From Acidobacteriota bacterium (GTDB lineage Bacteria; Acidobacteriota; Thermoanaerobaculia; UBA5066; Gp7-AA6), in NCBI GenBank assembly GCA_027307335.1, contig DAHUXD010000054.1, forward strand, positions 4,611 to 68,610: a stretch of DNA of 64,000 nt, in the 5' to 3' direction. Each line of letters starts with the position of its first letter. Positions within the stretch are counted from its first letter, which is position 1. Positions 50,335-63,739 of the stretch are shown here, piece by piece. The notes under the pieces were generated by a model. That model ran no database searches. It saw nothing but the letters and a program-made list of their open reading frames with translations, and was not told where the DNA came from. Both the position numbers and the translations under genes were made by a program.

Positions 50335-50742
50335 TCACCGCTGCCGGAAGTCGAGCGCCGCGGAGTTCATGCAGTACCGCAGGCCCGTCGGCTCCGGACC
50401 GTCCTCGAACACGTGGCCGAGGTGCGAGCCGCAGCGCCGGCAGAGGACCTCGGTGCGCGCCATGAAGAGGCTCGTGTCCTCCCGCGCCTTGACGCTCTCG
50501 GGCGAACACGGCGTGGTGAAGCTCGGCCACCCGGTGCCCGACTCGAACTTGGTCTGCGAGTCGAAGAGCGGATTCCCGCAGCCGGCGCACGTGTACGTTC
50601 CCGTGCCGTGGTGGTTCCAGTACTTGCCGGTGAACGCGCGCTCCGTCCCCTTCTGGCGCAGGACCCGGTACTGCTCGGGAGTCAGTCCGGCGCGCCACTC
50701 TTCGTCGGTCTTCTCGACGCGGTCGGCCCGGTCTTCGGCCAC
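50335..50742 (-). CDS. msrB: Peptide-methionine (R)-S-oxide reductase MsrB (Cys-type, zinc-binding CxxC x2)
   Basis: [13 protein letters not shown] ... [14 protein letters not shown]. Confidence 0.9.
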   Translation of the reverse strand: MAEDRADRVEKTDEEWRAGLTPEQYRVLRQKGTERAFTGKYWNHHGTGTYTCAGCGNPLFDSQTKFESGTGWPSFTTPCSPESVKAREDTSLFMARTEVLCRRCGSHLGHVFEDGPEPTGLRYCMNSAALDFRQR

Positions 50743-50786
50743 GGCGGGAATCTACCATCAACCCGGGGAGCGGAAAGTCCGCGGAC

Positions 50787-53303
50787 TCACTCGCTCCGGA
50801 GCGCGTCGAGGGCGTCGGTGCGTGCCGCGCGGCGCGCGGGCGGCCAGGCGGCGGCGAGGCCCACGGCGACCATCAGGGCCAGTCCGCAGCCCAGGATTCC
50901 GAGGTCCGCCGCCTTCACCCCGAAGAGGATCGACTCGACGCCGCGCCCGAGCGCGAAGGCGCACGGCAGGCCGATCGCCGCGCCCACGAGCAGGAACCGC
51001 GCGACCTCGTTCCAGATCAGGCGGCGGACGCTCTTCGGGTCGGCGCCGAGCGCCATGCGGACGCCGATCTCCGGGCGGCGGGCGGCGACCGCGTAGGAGA
51101 GCACGCCGTAGATGCCGAGGGCCGCGAGGATCGCCGCGAGCACGCCGAACGCCCCCGAGAGCAGCACGATGACGCGCTGCGTGACGAGCGAGTCCTCCAC
51201 CCGCGTCTCGAGCGGGATCAGGTCGTAGATCGGGAGCTGCGGGTCGATCGCACGGACCTCGTCGCGGATGGGCGCGGCGAGCGCCTTCGGATCCGCCTCG
51301 GTCCGCAGATAGAAGGTGACCTCGCCGACGTCGGCCCGCTGGAGGAGCGGCGTGTAGACGAACGGCGAGTCGTCCTCGTCCACCGACGCCGACTTGCTGT
51401 TGCGGACGACGCCGACGATCTCGACGTCGGGCGCGTGGTTCTTCGGTCCGAACGAGAGGCGAACGCCGAGGGGGCTCTTTCCCGGGAAGTAGCGGCGGAC
51501 CAGCGTCTCGTTGACGACGGCGACCTTCGGCGCGTTGGCGTCGTCCGACCACGCGAAGTCCCGCCCCGCGACGAGCGGAATGCCGAGCGTCGCGAAGTAC
51601 GCGGGGGTGACGAGGTTGTAGTGGGCGTGCCGATCCTCGTCCCGATCCGAGTCCCGTCCCTCGATGACGAAGTCTCCGCCGTTCGTCGAGCCGGACATCG
51701 TCGCGAGGTGGGCGGCGGCGACCGAGCGCGCGGCCGGAAGCCCCTTCAGGCGGTCGAGGAGCTGGCGGCTGAACGCGGAGGTCCGCTCCCCGGTGTAGCC
51801 GTTCAGCGGCGGCGCGACGGAGAACCCGATGAGGTGGTCCGGGCGGAAGCCGAGCGGGACGCGGCCGAGGTTGCCGAGGCTGCGCACGAAGAGGCCGGCG
51901 GCGACGAGGAGGACGAGCGTCAGCGCGACCTGCGCGGTGACGAGGCCCTGGCGCAGGCGGATCACCTCGCGGCCGGCGGAGTTCGTGCCGCGGCCCTGGC
52001 CACGCAGCGTGAGAGCCGGGTCGAGCCGCGCCGCGCGCCACGACGGTGCGACGCCGAAGAGGAGGGCCGCGAGGACGGAGACGACGCCGGCGAACACGAG
52101 CACGCGCGGGTCCACGGCCGCGCCGATCTGGCGCAGGCTGTCGTCGGCGGGGAAGGCGCCGAGCAGGACGTGGAGGGTCCAGGCCGCGACGAGCAGGCCG
52201 AGCGCGCCGCCCGCGAACGCGAAGAGCAGGCACTCGACGATCGACTGTTTCAGGAGCTGGAACCGGCTCGCCCCGATCGCCAGACGGATGCCGTACTCGC
52301 GCTGCCGCGCGGCGCCGCGGGCGGCGAGCAGTCCCGCGAGGTTGGAGCACGCGATCAGGAGCACCAGGGCGACCATTCCCATCAGCGAGAGCAGGGGCTT
52401 GCCGACGTTGCCCGAGAGGACGGCGCGGCCGTGGCCGCCGGGCACGAGCAGGATGCGGCGGTCGAGGAAGCGCTGCTGCGCCTTCGCGTCCATCTCGTTG
52501 AGCTTCGGGAGAAGCTCCTGGAGCATGCCGCGGTAGAGCGGCAGCAGCCTCGCCTCGGCCTCCGCTCTCGAGACGCCGGGCTTCAGCCGCCCGACGAGCT
52601 GCAGCCACCGGTCCTTGGGATCCTCGAGCCCGTTCCAGAAGGGCGTCATCTGGGCCTTCATCGCGATCGGCACGAAGAGATCGGCCGGCCGTCCCGCCTG
52701 GATGCCCTCGAAGCCCCGCGCCGCCACGCCGACGACCGTGAGGGGATGGCCGTTGGCGACGATGGTCTGGTTCAGCACCGATGGGTCCGCGCCGAAGCGG
52801 CGGGTCCAGTAGCCGTGCGAGAGGACGACGAGCGGGTGTCCGCCCGGCAGGCGATCGTCGTCCGAGACGAAAACGCGCCCGAGGGCGGGCGAGACGCCGA
52901 GCACCTGGAAGTAGTTGCCCGACACGAGCTCGCCGTCGGCGCGCTCGGTCTCGCCCCGCGCGGCGAGGCTGACGGCGAGGGGATACTCGGCGATCAGGCC
53001 GTCGAAGGCGGTGTTGCGGGCGGCGAGCTCGCGGTAGAAGGGCGCGGAGAACGGCATCGCGCCGTCGCCGTCGTCCCACGCGTGGCCCTGGCTCGTTCCA
53101 GGGGAGCGCAGGAGCATGAGCGCTCCCGGGTCGCGCACGGGGAGAAGGCGCAGAAGCACGCGGTCCACGAGCGCGAAGATGGCGGCGTTCGCGCCGATGC
53201 CCAGGGCGAGCGTCAGCACCGCGACGGCCGAGAAGCCGGGGCTCTTCCCGAACGTGCGGAGCGCGTAGCGGAGGTCCTGTCCGAGCGAGCTCATCGTCGT
53301 CAC
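50787..53303 (-). CDS. ADOP-family ABC permease
   Basis: [33 protein letters not shown]; duplicated FtsX. Confidence 0.85.
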   Translation of the reverse strand: MTTMSSLGQDLRYALRTFGKSPGFSAVAVLTLALGIGANAAIFALVDRVLLRLLPVRDPGALMLLRSPGTSQGHAWDDGDGAMPFSAPFYRELAARNTAFDGLIAEYPLAVSLAARGETERADGELVSGNYFQVLGVSPALGRVFVSDDDRLPGGHPLVVLSHGYWTRRFGADPSVLNQTIVANGHPLTVVGVAARGFEGIQAGRPADLFVPIAMKAQMTPFWNGLEDPKDRWLQLVGRLKPGVSRAEAEARLLPLYRGMLQELLPKLNEMDAKAQQRFLDRRILLVPGGHGRAVLSGNVGKPLLSLMGMVALVLLIACSNLAGLLAARGAARQREYGIRLAIGASRFQLLKQSIVECLLFAFAGGALGLLVAAWTLHVLLGAFPADDSLRQIGAAVDPRVLVFAGVVSVLAALLFGVAPSWRAARLDPALTLRGQGRGTNSAGREVIRLRQGLVTAQVALTLVLLVAAGLFVRSLGNLGRVPLGFRPDHLIGFSVAPPLNGYTGERTSAFSRQLLDRLKGLPAARSVAAAHLATMSGSTNGGDFVIEGRDSDRDEDRHAHYNLVTPAYFATLGIPLVAGRDFAWSDDANAPKVAVVNETLVRRYFPGKSPLGVRLSFGPKNHAPDVEIVGVVRNSKSASVDEDDSPFVYTPLLQRADVGEVTFYLRTEADPKALAAPIRDEVRAIDPQLPIYDLIPLETRVEDSLVTQRVIVLLSGAFGVLAAILAALGIYGVLSYAVAARRPEIGVRMALGADPKSVRRLIWNEVARFLLVGAAIGLPCAFALGRGVESILFGVKAADLGILGCGLALMVAVGLAAAWPPARRAARTDALDALRSE

Positions 53304-53312
53304 CGTCCTCGT

Positions 53313-53978
53313 TCAGTCGTTGACGACCCAGCCGTCGCGCAGCCGGACGATGCGGTGTCCGTAGGACGCGTTCTCCTCGGAGTGCGTCACCTGCACGATC
53401 GTCGTGCCCTCTTCGTTGAGCTTCTTGAAGAGGCGCATGATCTCGCGACCCTGATCCGAGTGCAGGTTCCCGGTCGGCTCGTCGGCGAGGAGCAGGCGCG
53501 GCTTCGCGATCAGCGCGCGCGCGACGCCGACGAGCTGCTGCTGGCCGCCCGACAGCTGGTTCGGGAAGAGGTCCTTCTTGCCGACGATCTGGAAGCGGTC
53601 GAGCGTGTCGGCGACGATCGCCGCGCGCTCCGAGCCCTTCACGTTGCGGTAGGAGAGCGGGATGTCCAGGTTCTCGGCGACCGTCAGGTTGTCGAGCAGG
53701 TGGTACTGCTGGAAGACGAAGCCGACGTACTTCTTGTTGAGCTCGATGCGCTCCTTGGGCTTCATTCGGTGCACGTCGTGCTCGAGAAGGCGGTACTCGC
53801 CGCGCCAGTCGTGGTCGAGCATGCCGAGGATGCCGAGGAGCGTCGACTTCCCGGCGCCCGACGGGCCCATGATCGTCACGAATTCGCCCGGCGCGACCGC
53901 GAACTGGATGCGGCGCAGCAGGAAGGTCTCGCCGGCCTTGCTCGCGATCGACTTCTCGACGTGGGTCAGCTGGATCAT
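53313..53978 (-). CDS. ABC transporter ATP-binding protein (MacB/LolD-type)
   Basis: Walker [10 protein letters not shown], signature LSGGQQQ, Walker B LLLADEPT. Confidence 0.9.
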   Translation of the reverse strand: MIQLTHVEKSIASKAGETFLLRRIQFAVAPGEFVTIMGPSGAGKSTLLGILGMLDHDWRGEYRLLEHDVHRMKPKERIELNKKYVGFVFQQYHLLDNLTVAENLDIPLSYRNVKGSERAAIVADTLDRFQIVGKKDLFPNQLSGGQQQLVGVARALIAKPRLLLADEPTGNLHSDQGREIMRLFKKLNEEGTTIVQVTHSEENASYGHRIVRLRDGWVVND

Positions 53979-53983
53979 CGCGT

Positions 53984-54268
53984 TCACTCCGATCGCAGGA
54001 CGGTGGCGGGATCGACGGCCATGGCGCGGCGCGCCGGGCGGGCGCACGCGAGGGCGACGACGCCGGCGACGACCAGGACGACGGCCCCGAAAGTCATCGG
54101 GTCCTTGGGGGCGACTCCGAAGAGGAGGAGCAGCACCGCGTGCACGACCGAGAAGATCGCCGTGTTCGCGCCGATGCCGAGCGCGAGCGTCGCGACGGCG
54201 ACGGCGGTGAAGCCGGGGCTCTTCGCGAGGCCCCGGAGCGCGTAACGAACGTCCTGCGCGAGCGTCAT
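53984..54268 (-). pseudogene. Deletion remnant of an ADOP permease: first about 45 codons fused in frame to the last about 45 codons
   Basis: [42 protein letters not shown]... joined to ...[16 protein letters not shown]; ATGA-coupled to the upstream permease. Confidence 0.6.
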
Positions 54269-56682
54269 TCCTGCCTCAGCGCGTCGATCGGGTCGATGCG
54301 CGCGGCGCGCCGGGCGGGCAGCCAGGCCGCGGCGATCGCTCCCGCGAGGAGGAGCGCCGCCGCGCCGGCGATCGCCGCCGGATCGGAGGGGGACGTCTCG
54401 TACAGGAACCCTCGCAGCACCGTGCCCGCGGCCGCGACGAGCGCGAGGCCGGCGACGAGCCCCGCGATCACGGGCCGCGCCGTCTGCGCGACGAAGAGGG
54501 CGCGCACGTCGGCGGGCCGCGCTCCGAGGGCCATGCGGACGCCGATCTCGCGCGTCCGGCGCGCGACCGAATAGGAGATCACCGAGTAGATGCCGACCGC
54601 GGCCAGCGCGAGCGACAGAAGTCCGAAGGCCCCGAGCAAGGCGGCGCCGAGCCGCTGCGGCACGAGTTGCTCGCCGAGCTCCGAGGCATAGCTCCGCGGC
54701 GTCGAGACGGGGAGGGACTTGTCGAGCCGGCCGATCTCGGCGAGCACGACGCGGCCCGGATCGGCGCGCGGATCGCGGGCGCGCACCAGAAGCGTGAGCC
54801 GCATCAGGCCGGCCCCCTCACCCGACCGGATCGCAAAGTACGCCTGGGGCCCGGGCGCGTCGCGGAGCGAGGTCATCCGGAAGTCCCGCGCGACGCCGAT
54901 CACGGTGCGCTCGGCGCCGTGGATCTGGATCCGCGCGCCGATCGGGCTCGTGCCGGGCCAGTACCGCCTCGCCATCGACTCGTTGACGATGACGGGGGCG
55001 GGGGAGCGCGGTCCGTCGAGGCGGTCGTCGAACTCGCGCCCGGCCGCGATCGGGATCCGGAGGGTGCGGAAGAAGTCGGCGCTGACGGCGTTGGTCCCGG
55101 CCTCCTGCGAACGGTCGGGCGGGCGTCCCACGATCTGAAACCCGTCGCTCCACTCGCCGCCCGACAAGGGGACGAGGGCCGTCCACGCCACGGCCTCGAT
55201 GCCGGGGGCCGAACGCATTCGCTCCGCGAGCGTGTTCGTGAAGACGTCGGCACGCCCGGCGTCGTAGCCCTGCAGCCCGAGGTCGACGTCCGCGAGCACG
55301 ACCCCTCGCGGCTGGAAGCCGAAATCGGTCGCGAGCGCGCGCTGGAGGCTGCGCGCGAGCAGGCCCGCGCCGACGAGCAGCGCGAGAGAGAGCGCCACCT
55401 GGGCGGCGACGAGGGCGCTCCGGAGGAACGAGCGCGAGGAGGCGCCGCTCGACTTCAGGGCGGGCGACGGGGGGCGGCGCGACGTCTGGATCGCCGGCAG
55501 GACCCCGAAGAAGAGTCCGGTGGCCACGGCGAGCAGCGTCGAGAAGGCGAGCGCCCGTGCGTCGAGGGACGGCTCGAACGGAGCGAGCGAGCCGTTCCCC
55601 GGCATCGGCATGCCGACGAGGAGGGCGAGGGACCAGCTCGCGACGGCGATTCCGGCGGCGCCCCCGAGAACGGCGAGCGTCACGGACTCGGTCAGGAGCT
55701 GCCGAACGAGCCGGGAGCGCGTCGCGCCGAGCGCCAGCCGCACCGCCATCTCCTTCTGGCGCGCCGCGCCGCGGGCGAGGAGGAGGTTGGCGAGGTTGGC
55801 GCAGGCGATGACGAGGGCCGCCGCCACGGCGGCGGCGAGCGTCGCGAGGAAGGCGACGGGATCGCCCGACTGGCCGAAGCCCGCGGCCGTCCGGATCGTG
55901 GGACGCAGCGCGAACGGTCGGCCCGGAGCGTGGTCCGGAAACGCGGCCGCCTCCCGGTGAGCGGCGACGTCGAGAGCCGCCTGCGCCTGCGGCATCGAGA
56001 TGCCCGGCGCGAGGCGCCCGACGACGGACAGCCAGCTCCAGCTCCGGCCGTTCAGATCGAGATTCCGGAAGGCGCCCGTCGCGAGTCGGGGCCACGCGCC
56101 GATGGGAACCCAGGCGTCGGGCGCGAGCCCGAAGGCGGTGCCGCGAAAGCCCTCCCCGGCGACGCCGACCACTGTGAACGGCGCGCCGTTCAGCACGACG
56201 GTCCGGCCGACGACCGAGGGGTCGCCGCCGAAGCGGGTCTTCCAGAGGCGCGATCCGAGCACCGCGATGGCCTCGCCGGACGCCTCGTCCGCCGCGACGA
56301 AGAAGCGTCCGAGGGCGGGCCGCGCGCCGAGCACGTCGAAGTAGTTGGCGGAGACGACCTCCGCATCGATGCGCGCGGGAGCGCCGCCCGAGGAGAGGTG
56401 AAGCGGCCGCTGCCGCCACGCGGCCAGTCCCGAGAAGGTGCCGCCGGTCTGCTCGCGCACCGACCGGTACCAGGGGTACGAGACGGTCTCGCCCGTCACG
56501 TCGACGAGACGCGCCGGCCGCGCGACGCCCGGCAGGGGATGCAGCACGACGGCGTCCACGACGCTGAAGATCGCGGTGTTCGCCCCGATGCCGAGGGCGA
56601 GGATCAGCACGGCGGCGGCCGTGAAGGCGGGACTCCTGGCGAGACCGCGCAGCGCGTAGCGGAGGTCCTGGAGCGCGGTCAT
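54265..56682 (-). CDS. ADOP-family ABC permease
   Basis: [33 protein letters not shown]; duplicated FtsX. Confidence 0.85.
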   Translation of the reverse strand: MTALQDLRYALRGLARSPAFTAAAVLILALGIGANTAIFSVVDAVVLHPLPGVARPARLVDVTGETVSYPWYRSVREQTGGTFSGLAAWRQRPLHLSSGGAPARIDAEVVSANYFDVLGARPALGRFFVAADEASGEAIAVLGSRLWKTRFGGDPSVVGRTVVLNGAPFTVVGVAGEGFRGTAFGLAPDAWVPIGAWPRLATGAFRNLDLNGRSWSWLSVVGRLAPGISMPQAQAALDVAAHREAAAFPDHAPGRPFALRPTIRTAAGFGQSGDPVAFLATLAAAVAAALVIACANLANLLLARGAARQKEMAVRLALGATRSRLVRQLLTESVTLAVLGGAAGIAVASWSLALLVGMPMPGNGSLAPFEPSLDARALAFSTLLAVATGLFFGVLPAIQTSRRPPSPALKSSGASSRSFLRSALVAAQVALSLALLVGAGLLARSLQRALATDFGFQPRGVVLADVDLGLQGYDAGRADVFTNTLAERMRSAPGIEAVAWTALVPLSGGEWSDGFQIVGRPPDRSQEAGTNAVSADFFRTLRIPIAAGREFDDRLDGPRSPAPVIVNESMARRYWPGTSPIGARIQIHGAERTVIGVARDFRMTSLRDAPGPQAYFAIRSGEGAGLMRLTLLVRARDPRADPGRVVLAEIGRLDKSLPVSTPRSYASELGEQLVPQRLGAALLGAFGLLSLALAAVGIYSVISYSVARRTREIGVRMALGARPADVRALFVAQTARPVIAGLVAGLALVAAAGTVLRGFLYETSPSDPAAIAGAAALLLAGAIAAAWLPARRAARIDPIDALRQE

Positions 56683-59092
56683 CCCTCGGTCCTCAGCGCT
56701 TCCTGGGGATCGAGCGCGGCGGCCCGGCGCGCCGGCACCGCGCAGGCGGCGACGGCGGCGCCGAGGAGCGTGACGGCCACGACGATGAGGGTCGCCGGAT
56801 CCTGGGGCGGCGTCTCGAACAGGACCGTGCGGAGGCTGCGCGAGAGCGCGAGCGCGAGAGCGCCGCCGATCGCGAGTCCGGCGAGCGCGAGCGCCAGGCC
56901 CTCCCGCAGCACCAGGCGCCAGACCTCGGCGCGGTCAGCCCCGAGGGCGATGCGCACGCCGATCTCCCGCGTGCGGCGGGCCACCGAGAAGGAGATCACG
57001 CCGTAGACGCCGATCGCCGACAGGAGCAGGGCGGCGGCGCCGAACGCGCTCACGAGGAGCGCCAGGAAGCGGGGCCGCGCGACGGTGTCGGCGACGAGGG
57101 TCGAGAGCGGGGCCACTCCGGAAACGGGGAGGTCCGGATCCGTGCGATGGATCGCGGCACGAGCCTCCGCGGCGAGCGCGGTCGGATCGACGGGTCCGCG
57201 GACGAAGAACTTCATGGTCCCGCGCGGGAAGCGCGACATCGGCACGTACGCCGCGGGCGGGGGATTGCGGTCGAGGCCGGCCTCCCGCACGTCGCCGGCG
57301 ACGCCGATGACCTCGAGGCGGTACTTCCCGAACATCAGTCCCCGCCCGACGGGATCCGCGGCGCCCCAGAGACGCCGCGCGAGGCTTTGATTCACGAGCA
57401 GCACCGGCCGGCTCTCCTCCATGTCCGCCGTCGTGAAGTCGCGGCCGCGGAGAATCGGGATGCCGAGCGCGGAGAAGTAGCCCGTCGTCACGATGACGGC
57501 CCCTCCTTCGGGCTTGACGGTGCCGAGCTCGGGCCGGCCCTCGACCTCGAAGCCGTACGCCTCGCCGCCGGCGCGCAGCGGCAGGGTCTTGCTGGCTCCG
57601 ACGGCGGAGACCCCCGGCAGCGCGCGGAGATTCGCGAGAAGCGCGGCGCGGTAGGCCGCGTCCTTGTCGTTCGCAAAGACGGATTCGGGGAGCGTCACCG
57701 ACAGCGCCAGGACCGACTGCGGGCGGATTCCGGAGTCGGCGTGCGTGAGCCGCCAGAAGCTTCGGAGAAGCAATCCCGTCCCGACCAGCAGCGCGGCCGC
57801 GAGGGCGATCTCGGCGACCACCAGGCCGCGCCGCAGGGCGACGCCCGAACGGGGGTCCGTACCGCCCCGAACGCCGGCGCCCTCGAGCGCGGCGGCGGCG
57901 CTCCGCCCGGACGCATGGAGCGCCGGCAGGAGGCCGAAGGCGACCGCGGTGCCGATGGAGAGAACGAGCGCGAACGCGACGACCCTCGCGTCCATGCCGA
58001 GGTTGGCGATGCGCGGCATGAAGCGGCCCGCTTCCGTCGCCAGGGCATCGATGGCCCAGCGCGCCGCGAGAAGGCCGAAGGCGCCGCCCGCCAGGGCGAG
58101 GAGCAGGCTCTCGGCGAGGGCCTGCCGGACGAGGCGACCTCGCGACGCGCCGAGCGCGGCGCGGATTCCGATCTCCCGCCGGCGGGTGGTCGCCTGCGCG
58201 AGCAGCAGGTTCGCGACGTTGACGCATCCGATCAGGAGCACGACGGCGACGGCGGCGGAGAGGACGCCGATGGGCGTCCGCACGCTCCGGGTCACCGCCG
58301 CCTGGAGCGGCACGACGAGCGCGCGTTCGAAGCCCTCGTTGCTCGCGGGGTACTCCCGGGCGAGCCGCGCGAAGAGGGCGTCGAGACCGGCGCGGGCGGA
58401 GTCGAGCGAGGCGCCGGGCTCGAGGCGCCCCAGCACGTTCAGCCAGCGGACCTCGCGGCGGTGCGGCACGGCGTCCTCGCCGATCGTCGAGAGGGGGACC
58501 CAGACCTCCACGTCGGACGACGGAACCTCGAACGCACCGGGCATGACCCCGACGACGCGATATGCGTGGCCGTCGAGGACGAGCGGCCGCCCGACGACCT
58601 CGGGATCGCCGCCGAACCGCCTCTTCCAGAGCCCCCAGGACAGCACCGCGACGCCGTTCTTGCCCGCCCGGTCGTCCTCGGTCCCGAAGGTCCGTCCCAC
58701 GTGCGCCGGCACCGCGAGGGTCCCGAAGAACGAGCCGGAAACGCCGGACGCGGTCAGGCGTTCCGGCTCGCCGCTTCCCGTGAGCGTGACGCCCGAGAGG
58801 TCGGGAAAGTACTCCCAGGAGGCGACGCGCTCGAGACCCGGGTGGGCCGCGGCGAGATCGTCCACGTCCTGCGGCGAGAACGAGCCGCCCGGCGCGCTCG
58901 AGTCGTGACGCACGTGCCCGATGCGGACGAGCCGCGACGGGTCGCGGTAGGGCAGCGGGCGGATCAGCACCGCGTCCGCCACGGTGAAGATCGCCACCGT
59001 GGCTCCGATCCCGACCGCGAGCGTCGCGACGATCACCAGTGCGAGAGCGGGGCGGCGCCGAAAGCCGCGGAGGGCCAAGCGCAGGTCTCCCA

Positions 59093-59096
<4 letters not shown>
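56679..59096 (-). CDS. ADOP-family ABC permease
   Basis: [37 protein letters not shown]; ORF 56679..61481 is a chimera whose N-terminal half is an out-of-frame shadow of the upstream paralog. Confidence 0.85.
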
Positions 59097-61519
<2,423 letters not shown>

Positions 61520-61566
61520 CTCTGTCCTCCGCCTCGAAGTCCGAAAGAGAGAAGCGACGTCGTCGT

Positions 61567-62328
61567 CTAGCTGACCCGGTACCCGCTCTCCTTCAACTCC
61601 TCCTCCGAGTGGAGGCGCTCCTCGCCCTTCTCCTCCTCGACGACGCGGCCGTCGAAGAGGTGGATCGTGCGTCCCGCGTGCTTGGCGAAGCGGGGGTCGT
61701 GCGTGACCATGCAGATCGTCGCGCCGGCGCGGTGGAGGTCCTGGAGCAGGTTCATCACCGCCTCGCCGTTGACCGAGTCGAGGTTGCCGGTGGGCTCGTC
61801 CGCGAGCAGGATCAGCGGCGAGCCGGCGATCGCGCGCGCGACCGCGACCCGCTGCTGCTGGCCGCCCGAGAGCTGCGAGGGGAAGTGCTTCATCCGGTGC
61901 GCCATGCCGACCTTCTCGAGCGACTCCTGGACGCGCTTCTTGCGCTCGTGCGCGGGCATTCCGCGGTAGGTCAGGGGGAGCTCGACGTTCTCGTACACCG
62001 AGAGATCGCCGATTAAGTTGAAGCTCTGGAAGATGAAGCCGATCTCGCGGTTCCGGATGCGCGCCCGCTCGGACAGCGTCAGCGACTCGGCCGGCTTTCC
62101 GTTCAGCCAGTAACGGCCGGACGTCGGCGAGTCGAGCAGGCCGAGGAGCGACAGCAGCGTCGACTTGCCGCAGCCCGAGGGTCCCGCGATCGAGACGTAC
62201 TCGCCGTGCCCGATCTCGAGGTGCACGCCCGAGAGCGCGTGCGTCTCGACCTCGTCGGTGAAGAAGACCTTCTCGACGCCGTCGAGCTTGATGACGGGAT
62301 GTCCGTTGCCGTTCGCGTTCGTGCTCAT
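61567..62328 (-). CDS. ABC transporter ATP-binding protein (MacB-type)
   Basis: [34 protein letters not shown]; real start MSTNANG inside ORF 61567..63882. Confidence 0.9.
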   Translation of the reverse strand: MSTNANGNGHPVIKLDGVEKVFFTDEVETHALSGVHLEIGHGEYVSIAGPSGCGKSTLLSLLGLLDSPTSGRYWLNGKPAESLTLSERARIRNREIGFIFQSFNLIGDLSVYENVELPLTYRGMPAHERKKRVQESLEKVGMAHRMKHFPSQLSGGQQQRVAVARAIAGSPLILLADEPTGNLDSVNGEAVMNLLQDLHRAGATICMVTHDPRFAKHAGRTIHLFDGRVVEEEKGEERLHSEEELKESGYRVS

Positions 62329-62342
62329 GCTCTCCTCTGCTC

Positions 62343-63611
62343 CTACTTCAGGCGCACCCGGTCGTACGCATCCCACGCGCTCATGTCCGAGAGGATCACC
62401 GTGTCGCCGACCTTCAGCCCGTCGAGGATCTCGACGGTGTTCACCGAGCTCTTGCCGAGCCTGACCTTCACGCGCACGGCCTCGTCCCCGTCGGCGTTGA
62501 CGCGGAAGAGTCCGACCTGCGTCTTCTCCTGGCCGAACGCGGGCCGCCCGACGTAGAGGACGTCCTTCAGGCGGTCGAGCTCGATCGTGCCGTCGACCGA
62601 GAGGTCCGGCCGGGCGCCGGGCGGCAGCTCGCCCGTCAGCGCGACGTCGACGGTGACCGTGCCGTTCTGCACGCCCGGATCGATGCGCGAGACCTTGCCG
62701 TCGACCAGGCCGTTGCGCGTGTCGATCGACGCCGGCTGCCCGATCACGATGTCCTTCGCCTGCGTCTCCGCGATCTTCAGCTGCGCCTTGAGCTTCCTCG
62801 GTTCCGCGACCTTGGCGAGGACGGTGCCCGGCGCGACCTGCTGGCCCACCTGAACGGGCAGCTCCTGCAGCACGCCCGCGATGCCGGCGCGAACGTGCAG
62901 GGCCTCCTTCTGGCCGCGCTTCAGGTTCGCCAGCGCGCGGAGCGCCTGCACGTGGGCCTCCTGCACCGCGACCTGCGCGTCGGCCGCCTGCTGGACGCTC
63001 CCGACGCGCTTCTCCTCGATGGCGTTGCGCGTCGCGAGCTCCTCGGCCTTCACGCGCGAGAGCTTGACCGTCAGCTCGGCGATGAGCCCCTCCTTGTAGA
63101 GGCCCTCGTTCGTCGCCGCCTGGAGCTGTGCCTGGTGGAAGTCGGAGCGCACCATCGCCGCGGTCGCCTGCTGGTCCATGACCTCCTTGTCGGCCTGCGC
63201 GCGGACGTTCGAGAGCTCGGCCTCGGCGGCGCGCAGCTGCGACTCCGCGTCGAGCGCGTCGCGCTCGAGCACCGGGTTCGACATCTCGAGGAGGATCGTG
63301 TCGGGCTGGACCGGGACGCTTCCCGGAAGGCGGACGAGGCGCTCGATGCGCCCGTCCGTCGCCGCGGAGATGTAGCGGACCTCCTCGGGGACGAGCGTGC
63401 CGGGTCCGCGCACCTGCCGGAGCATTTCGCCGCGCTTGACGGTGTCCTTCCAGATCGCTCCCTTGTCGACCGTCGGCGCGGCCGGCTTCAGGCGGGACAG
63501 GCCCAGCGTGATGAGGAGAATCCCGGCCGCCGAAGCGGTGGCGATGACGATCCGCCGCTTCTTCTTCTTGTCGGCGAGGTCCTCGCGGATGATGTCCACG
63601 GTGAGTCGCAA
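62343..63611 (-). CDS. Efflux periplasmic adaptor (membrane-fusion protein, MacA/HlyD-like); TTG start at 63611 or GTG at 63599
   Basis: N-terminal TM anchor, long coiled-coil hairpin, beta-barrel and MP domains. Confidence 0.8.
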   Translation of the reverse strand: MRLTVDIIREDLADKKKKRRIVIATASAAGILLITLGLSRLKPAAPTVDKGAIWKDTVKRGEMLRQVRGPGTLVPEEVRYISAATDGRIERLVRLPGSVPVQPDTILLEMSNPVLERDALDAESQLRAAEAELSNVRAQADKEVMDQQATAAMVRSDFHQAQLQAATNEGLYKEGLIAELTVKLSRVKAEELATRNAIEEKRVGSVQQAADAQVAVQEAHVQALRALANLKRGQKEALHVRAGIAGVLQELPVQVGQQVAPGTVLAKVAEPRKLKAQLKIAETQAKDIVIGQPASIDTRNGLVDGKVSRIDPGVQNGTVTVDVALTGELPPGARPDLSVDGTIELDRLKDVLYVGRPAFGQEKTQVGLFRVNADGDEAVRVKVRLGKSSVNTVEILDGLKVGDTVILSDMSAWDAYDRVRLK

Positions 63612-63614
63612 GGG

Positions 63615-63630
63615 CGAGAAACGTGCCAGG
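63615..63630 (-). promoter_or_regulatory. Sigma-54-type -24/-12 element (TGGCACG-N4-TCGC) on the minus strand, immediately upstream of the macA-like start
   Basis: GG and GC separated by exactly 10 nt; -12 is TCGC rather than consensus TTGC; sits very close to the annotated start. Confidence 0.25.
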
Positions 63631-63739
63631 CCTGGGGATCCATAAGTGCTTGCCCCCGTTGGGGCAGGGCGCCCCGCACGGCGGCTGCGCTGATCGGACC
63701 CGAGACGAATGTGTCCGTTTTCGAACGGTGGGCGGGACC

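Noticed and set aside
50335-50742. Possibility that MsrB is also a selenoprotein
   Set aside because: The catalytic residue is encoded as Cys ([10 protein letters not shown]) and there is no in-frame TGA.
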